Origin: an uncultured delta proteobacterium
GTDB lineage: Bacteria > Myxococcota_A > UBA9160 > UBA4427
Length of the DNA stretch: 64,000 nt
Direction: 5' to 3'
NCBI GenBank assembly: GCA_963822965.1
Contig: CAWGJT010000006.1
Coordinates: forward strand, 704,001-768,000
Position numbers and translations under genes: made by a program. The notes under the pieces are model-generated. The model had not been told where the DNA came from and searched no databases. It saw only the letters and a list, made by a program, of their open reading frames with translations. Every line of letters begins with the position of its first letter. Position 1 is the first letter of the stretch. Positions 9,187 through 19,715 of this stretch are shown one piece after another.

Positions 9187-11990
9187 AGCTGACGACATCG
9201 ACACTGGTGGCTCTGGCGACGTTCGCTTTGACGGCGTCTCTGGTGAGTCTCGAAGGCGCAGCCCAGGAGCTGCGGACTCCGTCCCCGCGAACCACCGAGC
9301 CGCCTACGGGCGAGCCGGCCTCGCCCGCGTTCATCGTGCCGCAGTCGACCGTGGGCAGTCCCGCCGCCCCGGGCCCCGGTGTAGCGCTCAATCAGCGGAT
9401 CGTCCGGACCGCGGGCTGCCAGGACTCCGAGATCGGAATCGGCGCGTCCCGGGACGGACGCAATCTGGTCGTGGCCTCCAACGGCTTCGGCTTCAATGGC
9501 GACCGCTTCGTGTCGTCCCAGGACTTCGGCGCGAACTGGAGTGCTCCCACTTCGTGGCCCAATGGCGGCGGCAGCACCCAGGGCGACCCGACGGTGGCGT
9601 TCGGCCAATCGGGCAACGGCTATCTCGGATTCATCTGGAACAACCCGGCTCCGAGCTGCGACTTCGGCGTGTCCGTCTCGACGAATGGTGGCACGACCTT
9701 CGGAGCCCCCAACTCCGCCGTCAGCTGCCCGCCCAGTGCCAACGGCTGCTTCCCGGACCAGGAGACGATGGCCACCGATCAGCTCAACGTGGGTGGCGGG
9801 GGGGATCAGATCTATCTGGCCTGGCGCCAGTTCACGGACGTCGGATGTCCCAATCCTTCGTCGGGCAACACCGACGCCTCGATCGCCTGCTCCCAGGACA
9901 GCGCGCAGAACTGGACCGCCCCCGTGCTCGTGGATGCCTCCGGCGACCGGCCGCGTCCAGCCGTCGCACCCGATGGCAGCGTCTACGTGGTGTACGTGGA
10001 CGGCGACGGCGGAGCCGTGCGGGTCCACCGTTTCACGAGCTGCAGCAACGGTCTGGCCCCCATCGCCGGCTATCCGTACACGGTGACCGGTTCGAGCAGC
10101 GTGACCCCCGTGCCCAACCTGGACCGACAGGGCCAGGAGGGCAACCCGATGATCGCCGTCGATCCCTACAACTCGGAGCTGCTCTACGTCGTCTATGGCC
10201 AGGACACGGCGGGATCCACCAGTGGCGACCCGGGGATCTTCCTGCGCGTCTCGACGGACGGGGGCGAGAACTGGGGCGGTGCGATCCAGGTCAACGACAA
10301 CGTCACCAACGACACGAGTCGCTACTTCCCCTGGATCGCGGCCAATCCCTTCGACGGGAGCATGAACATCGGCTGGTACGACCGCAGGGACGACCCGGGC
10401 GACAACGACCTGACCGCGTACTTCGGGGCCCGCGCCACCGGCGGAGGCACCTCGAGCCTGGCAGTCAGTCCGAACTTCAGGATCTCGGACGTGGACTATC
10501 TCTCCTCGATGCCCGGCTCGACTTGCGGCTCTCCCATCTACGGGGACTACAACGCCGTCGCCGCCGGACCGAGCTTCATGTACGCCGCCTGGGCCGCGCC
10601 GGTGAGCCCGTCCTACATCTCGCCGGCCTCCGCGGACGTGGACGTCTTCTTCGCCCAGATCGTCTCGGGAGACATTCCGCAGATCCAGGCCAGCGGGCCC
10701 CTCGACTTCGGGGAGGTGTGCATCGGCTCCACCGGCAGCGCCGACCTGAACCTCTGCAACGCGGGGAAGACGGACCTGGTCGTGAACGGCATCAGCAGCT
10801 CCGATCCGCACTTCGGGGTCGACCCGAATGTCGGCTTCCCGCTGGTGATCAGCCCCGACTTCTGCTTCCCCATCACCATGCTCTTCACGCCGACTTCGAC
10901 GACCCTTGCGGAGGCCGACGTGACCATCACGAGCAACGACCCCCTCAATCCGAACCTGATGGTCTCGGCCAGCGGGAATGGGACGACGCCGGACATCCGA
11001 TTGACCGGCTCGCCGGCCTTCGGCGACGTCTGTGCAGAGGATCCGCAGGAGAAGACGATTTCCGTCTGCAACGTGGGCCCGTGCGACCTCGACGTCAGCA
11101 GCGCCCAGATCGACTGCGGACATTTCACGATCGTCAACGATCCCTTCCCGGCGGTCGTGAGCCACGACTCGTGCCTGGATCTGGCCGTAGCCTTCACGCC
11201 TCTCTCGGCGGGGCCGAAGAGCTGCACCCTGACGGTGATCAGCGACGATCCCGACACGCCGGCGGCCACCCTGGAGCTGACGGGCAACACGCCCTTCGCT
11301 TCGATCGACGTGCCGGCGGGCCAGTCCTTCCGACCCACGGTGGTGCAGAGCGTGGACGTGTGCGAGGAGACGCATCCCTTCCCGGTCTCGAATACGGGAC
11401 GCTGCGACCTCCAGATCACGGATCTGTCCATCAGCACGAATCCCACGGAGTACGCCCTCTCGGGCGTCCCCTCGTCGCCGATCATCCTGGAGCCGGGCCA
11501 CGTGGCGGGTGACGGCGCTCTGCAGACGGTCTTCGCACCGCAGAGCATCGACCGGGACGTGGAGGGCGCGGTCTCGGTGACCTGGATCCACGATCCGATC
11601 ACGGGCGCCACCATGAGCGAGACGCGGGAGCTGTGCGGCGAGGGCGCTCGCACTGGAGCGCGGGTCCTGGTGACGAGGGGCGGTGTTCCCCTCGACACGG
11701 TGAAGTCGATCCGACTGCAGCGCATCAATGCAAACCGGAACAACAACCGACTCGACACCGTCGACACCGCGCGGAACCTGTCGTTGATTTCGGTGACCCC
11801 GAATGCCCCGTGTGCGCCGTTCCGTTATCACAGGGAGTACGGGACCGTGTCGAATCCGATCCAGCTCTTGCCCGGCTCCTACCAGGTCACGGTGCAGACG
11901 CGAGTCGACGGCAGGATGAGGAAGCGCAGCGTCGGGTTCGACGTGAACAGCTGCGGCTTCAACCCGACGGTGATCGTAGACTTTGAATGA
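9183..11990 (+). CDS. Secreted BNR/Asp-box (sialidase-like propeller) protein with C-terminal Ig-like ASH/HYDIN-type repeats
   Basis: Signal peptide; Asp-boxes SQDFGANW, STNGGTTF, SQDSAQNW, STDGGENW; GDY motif; repeated FGxVC...CNxGxxDL...FTP...SNDP units. Confidence 0.8.
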   Translation: MKLTTSTLVALATFALTASLVSLEGAAQELRTPSPRTTEPPTGEPASPAFIVPQSTVGSPAAPGPGVALNQRIVRTAGCQDSEIGIGASRDGRNLVVASNGFGFNGDRFVSSQDFGANWSAPTSWPNGGGSTQGDPTVAFGQSGNGYLGFIWNNPAPSCDFGVSVSTNGGTTFGAPNSAVSCPPSANGCFPDQETMATDQLNVGGGGDQIYLAWRQFTDVGCPNPSSGNTDASIACSQDSAQNWTAPVLVDASGDRPRPAVAPDGSVYVVYVDGDGGAVRVHRFTSCSNGLAPIAGYPYTVTGSSSVTPVPNLDRQGQEGNPMIAVDPYNSELLYVVYGQDTAGSTSGDPGIFLRVSTDGGENWGGAIQVNDNVTNDTSRYFPWIAANPFDGSMNIGWYDRRDDPGDNDLTAYFGARATGGGTSSLAVSPNFRISDVDYLSSMPGSTCGSPIYGDYNAVAAGPSFMYAAWAAPVSPSYISPASADVDVFFAQIVSGDIPQIQASGPLDFGEVCIGSTGSADLNLCNAGKTDLVVNGISSSDPHFGVDPNVGFPLVISPDFCFPITMLFTPTSTTLAEADVTITSNDPLNPNLMVSASGNGTTPDIRLTGSPAFGDVCAEDPQEKTISVCNVGPCDLDVSSAQIDCGHFTIVNDPFPAVVSHDSCLDLAVAFTPLSAGPKSCTLTVISDDPDTPAATLELTGNTPFASIDVPAGQSFRPTVVQSVDVCEETHPFPVSNTGRCDLQITDLSISTNPTEYALSGVPSSPIILEPGHVAGDGALQTVFAPQSIDRDVEGAVSVTWIHDPITGATMSETRELCGEGARTGARVLVTRGGVPLDTVKSIRLQRINANRNNNRLDTVDTARNLSLISVTPNAPCAPFRYHREYGTVSNPIQLLPGSYQVTVQTRVDGRMRKRSVGFDVNSCGFNPTVIVDFE

Positions 11991-12820
11991 GGGCCACTTC
12001 GCGGGGGAGGTCGCGAGCCCGGCTTCGCGACCTCCCCTCCAATCGATCGTGTAGCACCGGGCAGCAGGCACTCTGGAGGCCTGGGACCCTCGCCTTGGTG
12101 GGGGGCCGTGCAGGTCGGAGGGGAGCCGTGTCTGCCCTGCTCCTGCTCCTGGCCGGCGCCTGCCTGGTCGCGGTGCAGACGGCCTCCGCTCAGAGCTGCC
12201 CGGGAAGCGGGGGATGCTGCGAGGGAAACGGGACTCCGGGCTGCGACGACGCCGGCTGCTGCCAGCAGGTCTGCGACCTCGATCCCTTCTGCTGCCTGAG
12301 CTCCTGGGACTCGTTCTGCGCCGACAACGCGCTCACGCTCTGTGCTGCCTGCAGTGCCTCGTCCTGCCCCGGCCCCGGCGACTGCTGCGCCGCCAACGGA
12401 AGCCCGGGCTGCGACGCCACCAGCTGCTGCGAGCTGGTGTGCAGCACGGACGGTTCCTGCTGCAGCAATGCCTGGGACCAGGAGTGTGCGGACGCGGCGG
12501 TCGCGGTCTGCGGCGCTTCCTCTTGCAGCGGGGCGACCTGCGCGGGGACCGGGGGATGCTGTGAGTCCAACGGCTCGCCGTCCTGCGAATCCGAATCATG
12601 CTGTGGCGCGGTCTGCGCCGAGGATCCGTTTTGCTGCGATACCAACTGGGATTCCCAGTGTGCCGAGGCCGCGGCGAGCCTCTGCGGCGACGTGTGCGGC
12701 GCGCCCGGGGTTCCGTCCACACCGCTGTGGGGAAGGGCTCTGATCACCTTGCTGCTGGCAGCGGCAGGCGTGCTGATGATGCGCCGCCGGCAGAGCCACC
12801 CCCTTCGCTCGGGTCGGTGA
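11987..12820 (+). CDS. Cysteine-rich triple-repeat surface protein with IPTL-CTERM-like tail
   Basis: Three copies of CxGxGxCCxxNGxPxCxxxxCCxxVCxxDxxCCxxxWDxxCA; tail VPSTPLWG-TM-RRR. Confidence 0.8.
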   Translation: MRATSRGRSRARLRDLPSNRSCSTGQQALWRPGTLALVGGRAGRRGAVSALLLLLAGACLVAVQTASAQSCPGSGGCCEGNGTPGCDDAGCCQQVCDLDPFCCLSSWDSFCADNALTLCAACSASSCPGPGDCCAANGSPGCDATSCCELVCSTDGSCCSNAWDQECADAAVAVCGASSCSGATCAGTGGCCESNGSPSCESESCCGAVCAEDPFCCDTNWDSQCAEAAASLCGDVCGAPGVPSTPLWGRALITLLLAAAGVLMMRRRQSHPLRSGR

Positions 12821-13118
12821 GGCGTTGCGCGAGTCTCCGAGTGACTCGATCCAGCCACCGTCGGCCGTCTGGAGCCGGTTCGAGCGCGAGGGTGACGGGT
12901 CTCCTTCGTTGCCGATGTGAGGGGCAGGAGGAGAACGACGGTGGCCGTCGTCGGATCGCAGGGAGCGACTGCAATTGGTGGAGCCGACGAGGCGCCAGTT
13001 CGTCGAATGGGTCGCCGGCGCACTCGACAGTGAATGTCGAAAGCAGTGCAAGAAGCTACTGGGGCTCGCCTAGCGAAACGCCACCTCATCCGCCTGAAGT
13101 GCTCGGCGCCGCGCACCG

Positions 13119-13206
13119 GCCGGGCGACCCGGTCGAGTTTCACGACGGCGACGACGTCGAACCGCCGGCGGCGGGCGTCCGTTAGGAGCTGGTCGAGGGC
13201 CGGGCG
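13119..13206 (-). pseudogene. Serine recombinase (resolvase) fragment
   Basis: RPALDQLLTDARRRRFDVVAVVKLDRVAR matches the resolvase RP.L...D...V.KLDR..R motif. Confidence 0.7.
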
Positions 13207-13442
13207 GCGCGGACGAGGTCGAAGAGCGTGAGGGCGAGGTCTCCCGTTGTCACGGGGAGGTGCGACTCCTTTCGGTGTCGTCATAGACCCGTAACCAAAA
13301 GGATCGTCTTTGGATAGCGGTTCTGGGAGGGCGTCTAACGATGGCGGGGGTTTGCGAGGCGGCGGGAGCGGCGCGCGGCGGGGGCGTTTGCGGGACGGGG
13401 CGAGCTCGTCTCTTAGGGTGCGAAGCGCGAGGTTCGCGGACG

Positions 13443-13952
13443 CTAGGCGTTGTAAAATGCCGCGAGGATCGTAGTGCAGAAGCCCAGCATGATGGCCGGC
13501 GGAAGGAACTCATTGCTCCGCTCCAATCTCTCGAGAATTTGCGAGACGGGAATCGCTGCAATGATGAGAGCCCACAAGATCCCGCCCGTCACGAGGCCAA
13601 CTACAGCGACCGCACCGAGGACATAAGCAGCGACCTCGAGGACGAGCCGAGGCGTCAGGCCTGGATCCGGTACTGAGTGTATGACCTTGAAGGCAACGTG
13701 AGAAAGCAAGTATAGGAGCCTGCCGAGCCCGAAGCCGACGAGGGCCAGCGCTGGGAATGCCAGCAATCCGCCCTTCTTGACTCTTGCCTGTTCCTCTTCA
13801 GTCGGCGCGAGTTCAGCCCGCCTGTCGAGTAGCTCTCGGAGGTTCTCCCCCCTCCTTCGGATCGCCTCCTCCCGGCGTTCCAGTTTCTCGGGCGGCGAGC
13901 CTGCCTCGCTTGAAGCAGTTCGCAGCTCGATCCGGTACTCAAGGGTCTGCAA
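13443..13952 (-). CDS. Hypothetical membrane protein
   Basis: Coiled N-terminus followed by 3-4 hydrophobic segments; lower GC than flanks. Confidence 0.5.
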   Translation of the reverse strand: MQTLEYRIELRTASSEAGSPPEKLERREEAIRRRGENLRELLDRRAELAPTEEEQARVKKGGLLAFPALALVGFGLGRLLYLLSHVAFKVIHSVPDPGLTPRLVLEVAAYVLGAVAVVGLVTGGILWALIIAAIPVSQILERLERSNEFLPPAIMLGFCTTILAAFYNA

Positions 13953-14651
13953 GAGGAGGGCCGCCTTGGAGTGGCGGCCCGACGCTCAGGGGACACAGCG
14001 GACAGCGGACGTGTCAGCGGAGGTGGGAGCGCGGCCTACCGCGGCTCCCCCGTCTCCCAGTCGAATCGGTGCCGAAGTGCGCCTCGAAGGCGCGGCGGCA
14101 GGCGTCGAGGGGCGGAAGGCGAAACACACGGGGTCGCTTGCCCCCTAGACTAGGTGCACGCCGGGTCGCGCGGCAGCTCAATGACGATGGTCTCCACAAC
14201 TCTCGCACCGGACAAGCATGGAAGCATGGAGCTTCGGACAGATCCAGAGGATTCTTCGGACGGTGGATCGTCGCGACGACGCCTTGGCAGCCACCGGTTG
14301 AGCATATGCCGCCTGCCGTCGCCAATCGGTCTCGCACACTCCCTGTGGAGAGCACATACACCAGCGAATTGTCCCCCGCGGGTCCAATTCAACGCGGGTG
14401 TGTGTAGGGATGTGTGGAGCCGAAGTCGATCGGTGGTCGCTCCTGGCGGAATGCCGAACGCGTCGAGGTCGATCTGGACCGCGAAGATATTGAGCGTCGA
14501 ATCAAACCCCGAAGTGACACCAGTATCGACAGGATCGAAGTACGTGAAGGGTGAAAATCACGAGGCGCCTGACGGTTCTACTCGGCACGACGACGCACTG
14601 AATCCTAGGGATCTCGTGGCGAGTACCGTGGCCGGCTTCACCTTCCCAACG

Positions 14652-14715
14652 GGGTTTCCGCCTCAGGTCCGGGTAGGGACGTTGTGTCAATCCCCCAGAA
14701 GGGCCCGGCGGCGGG
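14652..14715 (+). repeat. dif/Xer-like dispersed element, copy 1 (left-truncated); core 14665-14692
   Basis: GGGTTTCCGCCTC-AGGTCCGGGTA-GGGACG-TTGTGTCAATC-CCCCAGAAGGGCCCGGCGGCGGG. Confidence 0.9.
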
Positions 14716-15215
14716 GGCAGAACGCGAAGGCGTGCATTCGATCAGCACCGCTGATACCTGGCGTTCTGACAACCGAGCTCCGGCGGCGCTGTCTGGTCCC
14801 GAACGGGCGTTGATGCCGATCAGGCTGAAGTCTCCCACCGTGCAGCTGTGCAGCATTACCTCGTGTCCGTCGTTGTCCCCGCGGATCACCAGGTTGAACC
14901 ACATGCTCGCCCGGGTGCCGTTCTTCGAGTCGACAGATCACAGCAATCTCGTGTGAGCTCCGCATGATCCCCTTCATCCCGACAGCATCGACTCCCCGCG
15001 TGGGTTGGAAGACGCGCCAGGCGATTGCACGGACTCCGAGAGGTCCGCGTCTTGGTGCCGAATCTTCTTGTCACTGTCACTTCAATCCGGCCACGCTGCC
15101 GCAACATCGCTGCCGCGGGTGCTAGGCTATATCCGTATCGGTCCGCGTCTGGACTCTCGCTCTTCGAGGGAATCCTTGTGCCCCCGAAGACGGCTGCACG
15201 ACGAGGTGAGCCGTC

Positions 15216-15797
15216 ATGGAACAAGCGCACCGGCCCTTGAGCCAACGGTGGGAAAGATGGAAACACGTCCTCGAGCTCGAGGAGATCATCCTTCTGGCCG
15301 CCGTGGTACTGGCCGTCATCGGAATTGCCATCACCGAGGTCTCGCCTGTCCGAAGCTACCACTACTGGCTCGGGATGATCGTCGTGTTCGCGATGGTCGC
15401 GCTCGCGCTCGGCTGGTTGAAGGCACGCAGAGAAGGTCATGACCTGAAACAACTGTTGGGGGTGCAACTCCTGCACTGGGTCGCGACCTGGGTCGCCGTG
15501 CTCGCGCTGTTCCTGATCCTGGACGCCGGACGCCTCAATTACGACAACGTCGGCCTCGTCACCCTGACCGTACTGGCGCTGTCAACGGTTCTCGAAGGCA
15601 TCCGCGTCGACTGGCGTTTCAGCATGGTCGGACTCCTGCTCGGAGCGACCGCCGTCACCGTCGCCTACGTCGAGGCATCGATCTGGTTGCTGATCGTGCT
15701 GGCCGCGCTGATCAGCGCCGCCATCGTCGTCTACGGCTATCTGCGCCGATCGAAAGCTCGAGGCCACGCCAAAGAGAACACAGAAGCAAGTCCCTAG
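15216..15797 (+). CDS. Multi-pass membrane protein (paralogue of 32745-33335)
   Basis: About 6 hydrophobic segments; shares QLLHWVATW, LILDAGRLN, RVDWRFS and YVEASIWLL with the second copy. Confidence 0.8.
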   Translation: MEQAHRPLSQRWERWKHVLELEEIILLAAVVLAVIGIAITEVSPVRSYHYWLGMIVVFAMVALALGWLKARREGHDLKQLLGVQLLHWVATWVAVLALFLILDAGRLNYDNVGLVTLTVLALSTVLEGIRVDWRFSMVGLLLGATAVTVAYVEASIWLLIVLAALISAAIVVYGYLRRSKARGHAKENTEASP

Positions 15798-15808
15798 GGA
15801 GGTTGGAG

Positions 15809-16020
15809 TCAATCGTCATCCTCGACGACGTGGCGGCTGGCGAAACGGTGATATCGCACCGCTGCAGCGATGCTCGCAACGACGCCCAGGGCCACCAGCG
15901 CCAGCCCGACCCACGACGACCACGGAACGTCCCGGAACCGATCCGGCGTGTGTCCCGCGAGCAGCAGGCCTAAGCGGTCCACCGCGAATCCCAGCACCAT
16001 GAAGGCGATCGCACCCAGGT
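15809..16020 (-). pseudogene. DUF202/YidH-like membrane protein fragment
   Basis: IAFMVLGFAVDRLGL...VGLALVALGV...AAVRY; family N-terminus (LAxERT) absent. Confidence 0.5.
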
Positions 16021-16149
16021 CAACAGGGTCCGCTCCGCGGCCAGTCGCACCAGCGCGCGGCCCGCCTCCTCGGAATCCGGGTCGCCGCGCTCGCGCGGCG
16101 CCGTGTCGGGGTCGGTGTCCATGCCGCAGAGCCGATCGCCGCGGGGGCG

Positions 16150-16545
16150 CGGCCGCCGAACGCCTGTACCGGGCGTTCGGCGACCCCGACGCCATGGTCA
16201 AATGGCTTCCGCCCTACGGCTTCACGGCCCGGGTCCACGAGATGGACGCCCGGGTCGGGGTCGGCTACCGTCGTTCACGAACTTCAGCACCGGCAATGGT
16301 CATTCGTTCGGCGGCCGCTACGTCGAGCTCAGGCCGCACGAGCGCATCCGCTACACCGACCGCTTCGACGACCCGGAGATGGCGGGCGAGATGCAGGTCA
16401 CGGTCACGCTGCGCAAGGTCGACTGCGGCACCGAGCTCGAGGTCGTGCAGGAGGGCCTGCCGGCCGTGATTCCGCTCGAGCCGTGCTACCTGGGCTGGCA
16501 GGAGTCGCTGTCGTAGCTCGCGCAGCTCGTCGAGGCCGAGATCCT
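16150..16545 (+). pseudogene. SRPBCC/AHSA1-domain pseudogene
   Basis: ERLYRAFxDPDAMVKWLPPYGF in one frame, SFTNFSTGNGHSFGG...CYLGWQESL in another (frameshift ~16270), premature TAG 16514, then LAQLVEAEI. Confidence 0.8.
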
Positions 16546-16907
16546 GGACCGAGCAGATCCAACATCGACCTCGAAGCTCGCCAAGGGGCGCTCCTTCGGC
16601 CGCTACGAGAACTGCTACTGGCGTCTCGAGCCCGATGCGCGCTCTTGGAGCGCGCAGACCTACCTCATCGATACGTTCGATCTGGTGGACCGCTTCGGTC
16701 GCATCTCGAGCCGCAACTACGGACCTGATCGACTGCGAAGGGTACGGGACTTGCACGCGGACTCCCGCGACGAGAGACCGGGGCGCGGGAGGCGGGCGAT
16801 CGGGCCGAGCCCAGGATCGAGGTGAGGTAGAGGGGATCCGGGGGGACGTTTTGTGCAATCTGCTCGGAGCGCAGCCGACCTTGCCGGGATGCGTGCACCG
16901 GGCGCAC

Positions 16908-18017
16908 GTGTGCCGCTGGACGCGCCTCCTTCCGGCCGCACACGCCCGCCATCGCCGTGCCGAGGGGGTCCGCCGCCGTCCGCAGGCCCGTTGCGCGGCC
17001 GCGGGCGGCGTGGTCCTGCTCGCCCTGGCGCTCGGCGGCGCTGCCCGGGCCGGAACGCCGCTCCCGATCCACCCGCCCGACATCCTGGCGGCTGCCTCGA
17101 CGCCCGCGGACACGATCCGCCACCTCACGTGGCTGCTCCTCGCGATCACCGGAGCGATCTTCGTCGTGGTCGAAGGCACGCTCTTGTGGGCGGTGCTCCG
17201 ATACCGGCGGCGAGGCGCACGCCCGGAGGACGACCCCGATCCGCCGCAGGTCTACGGGAGCAATCCCATCGAGCTCGCCTGGACGGTCGCCCCCCTGATC
17301 GTCGTCTTCGTCCTCTTCCTCGTGACGTCGCGCGTGGTCTTCTCCCTCGAACGCGACACCGTGACCCCCGATGCCCTGGTCGTCGACGTGATCGGACACC
17401 AGTGGTGGTGGGAGCTGCGCTATCCCGGTCTCGGCGTGGTCACCGCCAACGAGCTGCACCTTCCGCTCGAAGACCCGCCGCGGCCGGTGTACCTGCGGCT
17501 CGCCTCCGCCGACGTGATCCACAGCTTCTGGGTGCCCGCGCTGGCAGGCAAGCTCGACCTCATTCCGAACCACGAGAACCTCCTGTGGATCGAGCCGCAC
17601 GAGGCGGGCGTCTACCTCGGTCAGTGTGCGGAGTACTGCGGCACGCAGCACGCGCACATGCGGGTGCGGGTCGTGGTAGAGCCGGAGGCCGACTTCCGGC
17701 GCTGGATCGAGGCCCAGCGGTCGCCGGCCGAAGCCGAGCCGGCGGTGGCGGCGGGTCGCCGCGTCTTCGATTCCTACGCCTGCACGAATTGTCACCGGGT
17801 CCGGGGCACCGCCGCGGCGGGCGCCGTCGGCCCCGACCTCACCCACCTGATGAGTCGCGCGACGCTCGGAGCGGGGGTCGCGCCGAACGACGCCGACCAT
17901 CTGCGGGCGTGGGTCGAGAACCCCGATGACCTGAAGCCCGGCGTGCAGATGCCGGCTCTCGGTCTCGACGATCTCCAGATCACCGCTCTGGTGTCGTACC
18001 TCAGGACGCTGCGCTAG
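16908..18017 (+). CDS. coxB: Cytochrome c oxidase subunit II with fused cytochrome c (start uncertain)
   Basis: GHQWWW, DVIHSFWVP, CuA motif CAEYCGTQHAHM, C-terminal CTNCH...GPDLT...MP. Confidence 0.92.
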   Translation: MCRWTRLLPAAHARHRRAEGVRRRPQARCAAAGGVVLLALALGGAARAGTPLPIHPPDILAAASTPADTIRHLTWLLLAITGAIFVVVEGTLLWAVLRYRRRGARPEDDPDPPQVYGSNPIELAWTVAPLIVVFVLFLVTSRVVFSLERDTVTPDALVVDVIGHQWWWELRYPGLGVVTANELHLPLEDPPRPVYLRLASADVIHSFWVPALAGKLDLIPNHENLLWIEPHEAGVYLGQCAEYCGTQHAHMRVRVVVEPEADFRRWIEAQRSPAEAEPAVAAGRRVFDSYACTNCHRVRGTAAAGAVGPDLTHLMSRATLGAGVAPNDADHLRAWVENPDDLKPGVQMPALGLDDLQITALVSYLRTLR

Positions 18018-18044
18018 GTCAACGGGAGGCGGAAAGGAAAGAGC

Positions 18045-19715
18045 ATGACGACGTTCGATGTTCCCGCCAGCGGCTCCGTCCGACGGCCTTCGTGGGTGTC
18101 GCGTCTCCACGGTTGGACCACGACCGTCGACCACAAGCGCATCGGGCTGCTCTACATCGGAACTTCGTTCGGATTCTTCGGGGTCGCGGGCCTCGAGGCG
18201 GTGGCGATGCGCTGGCAGCTCGCCAGGCCCGAGGCCACCGTGCTGTCGCCGCAGGTCTACGATCGCCTCTTCACCATGCACGGCACCACGATGATCTTCC
18301 TCTTCGGCATGCCGCTCCTCTTCGGGTTCGGAAACTACCTGGTGCCGCTCATGATCGGCACCCGCGACCTGGCCTTTCCGCGCATCAACGCGCTGGGCTA
18401 CTGGCTCTACCTCTTCGGCGGCATCCTGCTCTATTCGAGCTTCCTGGGCGGACCGGGCATCTACGGCGCGGGCAGCGCACCCGACGTCGGCTGGTTCGCG
18501 TACGCGCCACTCACCAGTCACGCCTTCTCGCGTGGGCACTCGACCGACTACTGGATCCTCGGCCTGCTCGTGGCGGGCTTCGGCACGCTCGCGACCGCGG
18601 CCAACCTGACCGCCACCATCCTCACCATGCGCTGTCGGGGCATGAGCCTCGATCGCATGCCGATCTTCGTGTGGATGATGCTGGTGACCTCGGCCATGGC
18701 CCTCTTCGCTCTGCCTCCCCTCACCGGCGCGCAGGTGATGCTGCTCTTCGACCGCACCCTGGGAGCCCACTTCTTCGACCCCCGGGCCGGCGGGTCCGTT
18801 CTCCTGTGGCAGCACCTCTTCTGGTTCTTCGGGCATCCCGAGGTGTACATCCTGGTGCTTCCGGCCTTCGGCTTCGTCTCGGAGATCGTGCCGGTGTTCT
18901 CCCGCAAGGTGATCTTCGGCTACCCGCTGATGGTGGCCGCCACCGTGGCGATCGGGTTCATCAGCTTCGGGGTGTGGGCGCACCACATGTTCGCAGTCGG
19001 CATGAGCGCGCCGCTGAACGCCGTCTTCTCGGGGGCCAGCTTCCTGATCGCCGTGCCCACCGGGATCAAGGTGTTCAACTGGATGGCGACCCTGGTCGGC
19101 GGGCGGATCCGCTTCGCCACGCCGATGATGTTCTGTGTCGCGTTCCTGGCGCAGTTCGTGTTCGGCGGTCTCACCGGCATCATGCTCGCCACCGTGCCTT
19201 TCGACTGGCAGGTCACCGACAGCTACTTCGTCGTGGCGCACTTCCACTACGTCCTGGGCGGGGGCACGCTCTTCGCGGCGATGGCTGCGCTCTACTACTG
19301 GTTCCCGAAGATGACCGGACGCATGCTCTCGGAGCGACTGGGACGCTGGCACTTCTGGCTCTTCGTCTTCGGCTTCAACCTCACCTTCCTGCCCATGCAC
19401 GTGCTCGGCCTGCTCGGCATGCCGCGTCGGGTGTACACGTATCCGACCGGGATGGGCCTCGAGGGGTGGAACCTCGCGGCGTCGGCGGGCGTTCTGCTCC
19501 AGGCGGTGGGCACCGCGGTGCTGATCGTGAACGTCGTGCTCGCCCTGCGGCGCGGCCCCCGGGCCGGACCCGACCCCTGGGACGCCTGGACGCTCGAATG
19601 GTCCACCGCGTCGCCGCCTCCGGCCTACGACTTCGCGACCCTGCCCGAGGTCGAGAGCCGCCGACCCCTCTGGGACCGCAAGCACCCGGAGGACCCGGAT
19701 GGCATCTATGAGTGA
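18045..19715 (+). CDS. coxA: Cytochrome c oxidase subunit I (A1-type)
   Basis: TTVDHKRIG, TMHGTTM, WFFGHPEVY, VWAHHM, VAHFHY, GMPRR. Confidence 0.97.
   Translation: MTTFDVPASGSVRRPSWVSRLHGWTTTVDHKRIGLLYIGTSFGFFGVAGLEAVAMRWQLARPEATVLSPQVYDRLFTMHGTTMIFLFGMPLLFGFGNYLVPLMIGTRDLAFPRINALGYWLYLFGGILLYSSFLGGPGIYGAGSAPDVGWFAYAPLTSHAFSRGHSTDYWILGLLVAGFGTLATAANLTATILTMRCRGMSLDRMPIFVWMMLVTSAMALFALPPLTGAQVMLLFDRTLGAHFFDPRAGGSVLLWQHLFWFFGHPEVYILVLPAFGFVSEIVPVFSRKVIFGYPLMVAATVAIGFISFGVWAHHMFAVGMSAPLNAVFSGASFLIAVPTGIKVFNWMATLVGGRIRFATPMMFCVAFLAQFVFGGLTGIMLATVPFDWQVTDSYFVVAHFHYVLGGGTLFAAMAALYYWFPKMTGRMLSERLGRWHFWLFVFGFNLTFLPMHVLGLLGMPRRVYTYPTGMGLEGWNLAASAGVLLQAVGTAVLIVNVVLALRRGPRAGPDPWDAWTLEWSTASPPPAYDFATLPEVESRRPLWDRKHPEDPDGIYE

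Noticed and set aside
13325..13450. attC-like half site (minus strand ...CGCAAACCCCCGCCATCGTTAGAC)
   Set aside because: Only an R'-like box is present; no complementary arm, no second cassette, no integron integrase
14150..14960. Possible decayed coding remnants either side of repeat copy 1
   Set aside because: Protein-like stretches (e.g. FTYFDPVDTG...IDLDAFGIPPG) but interrupted and not assignable without a search
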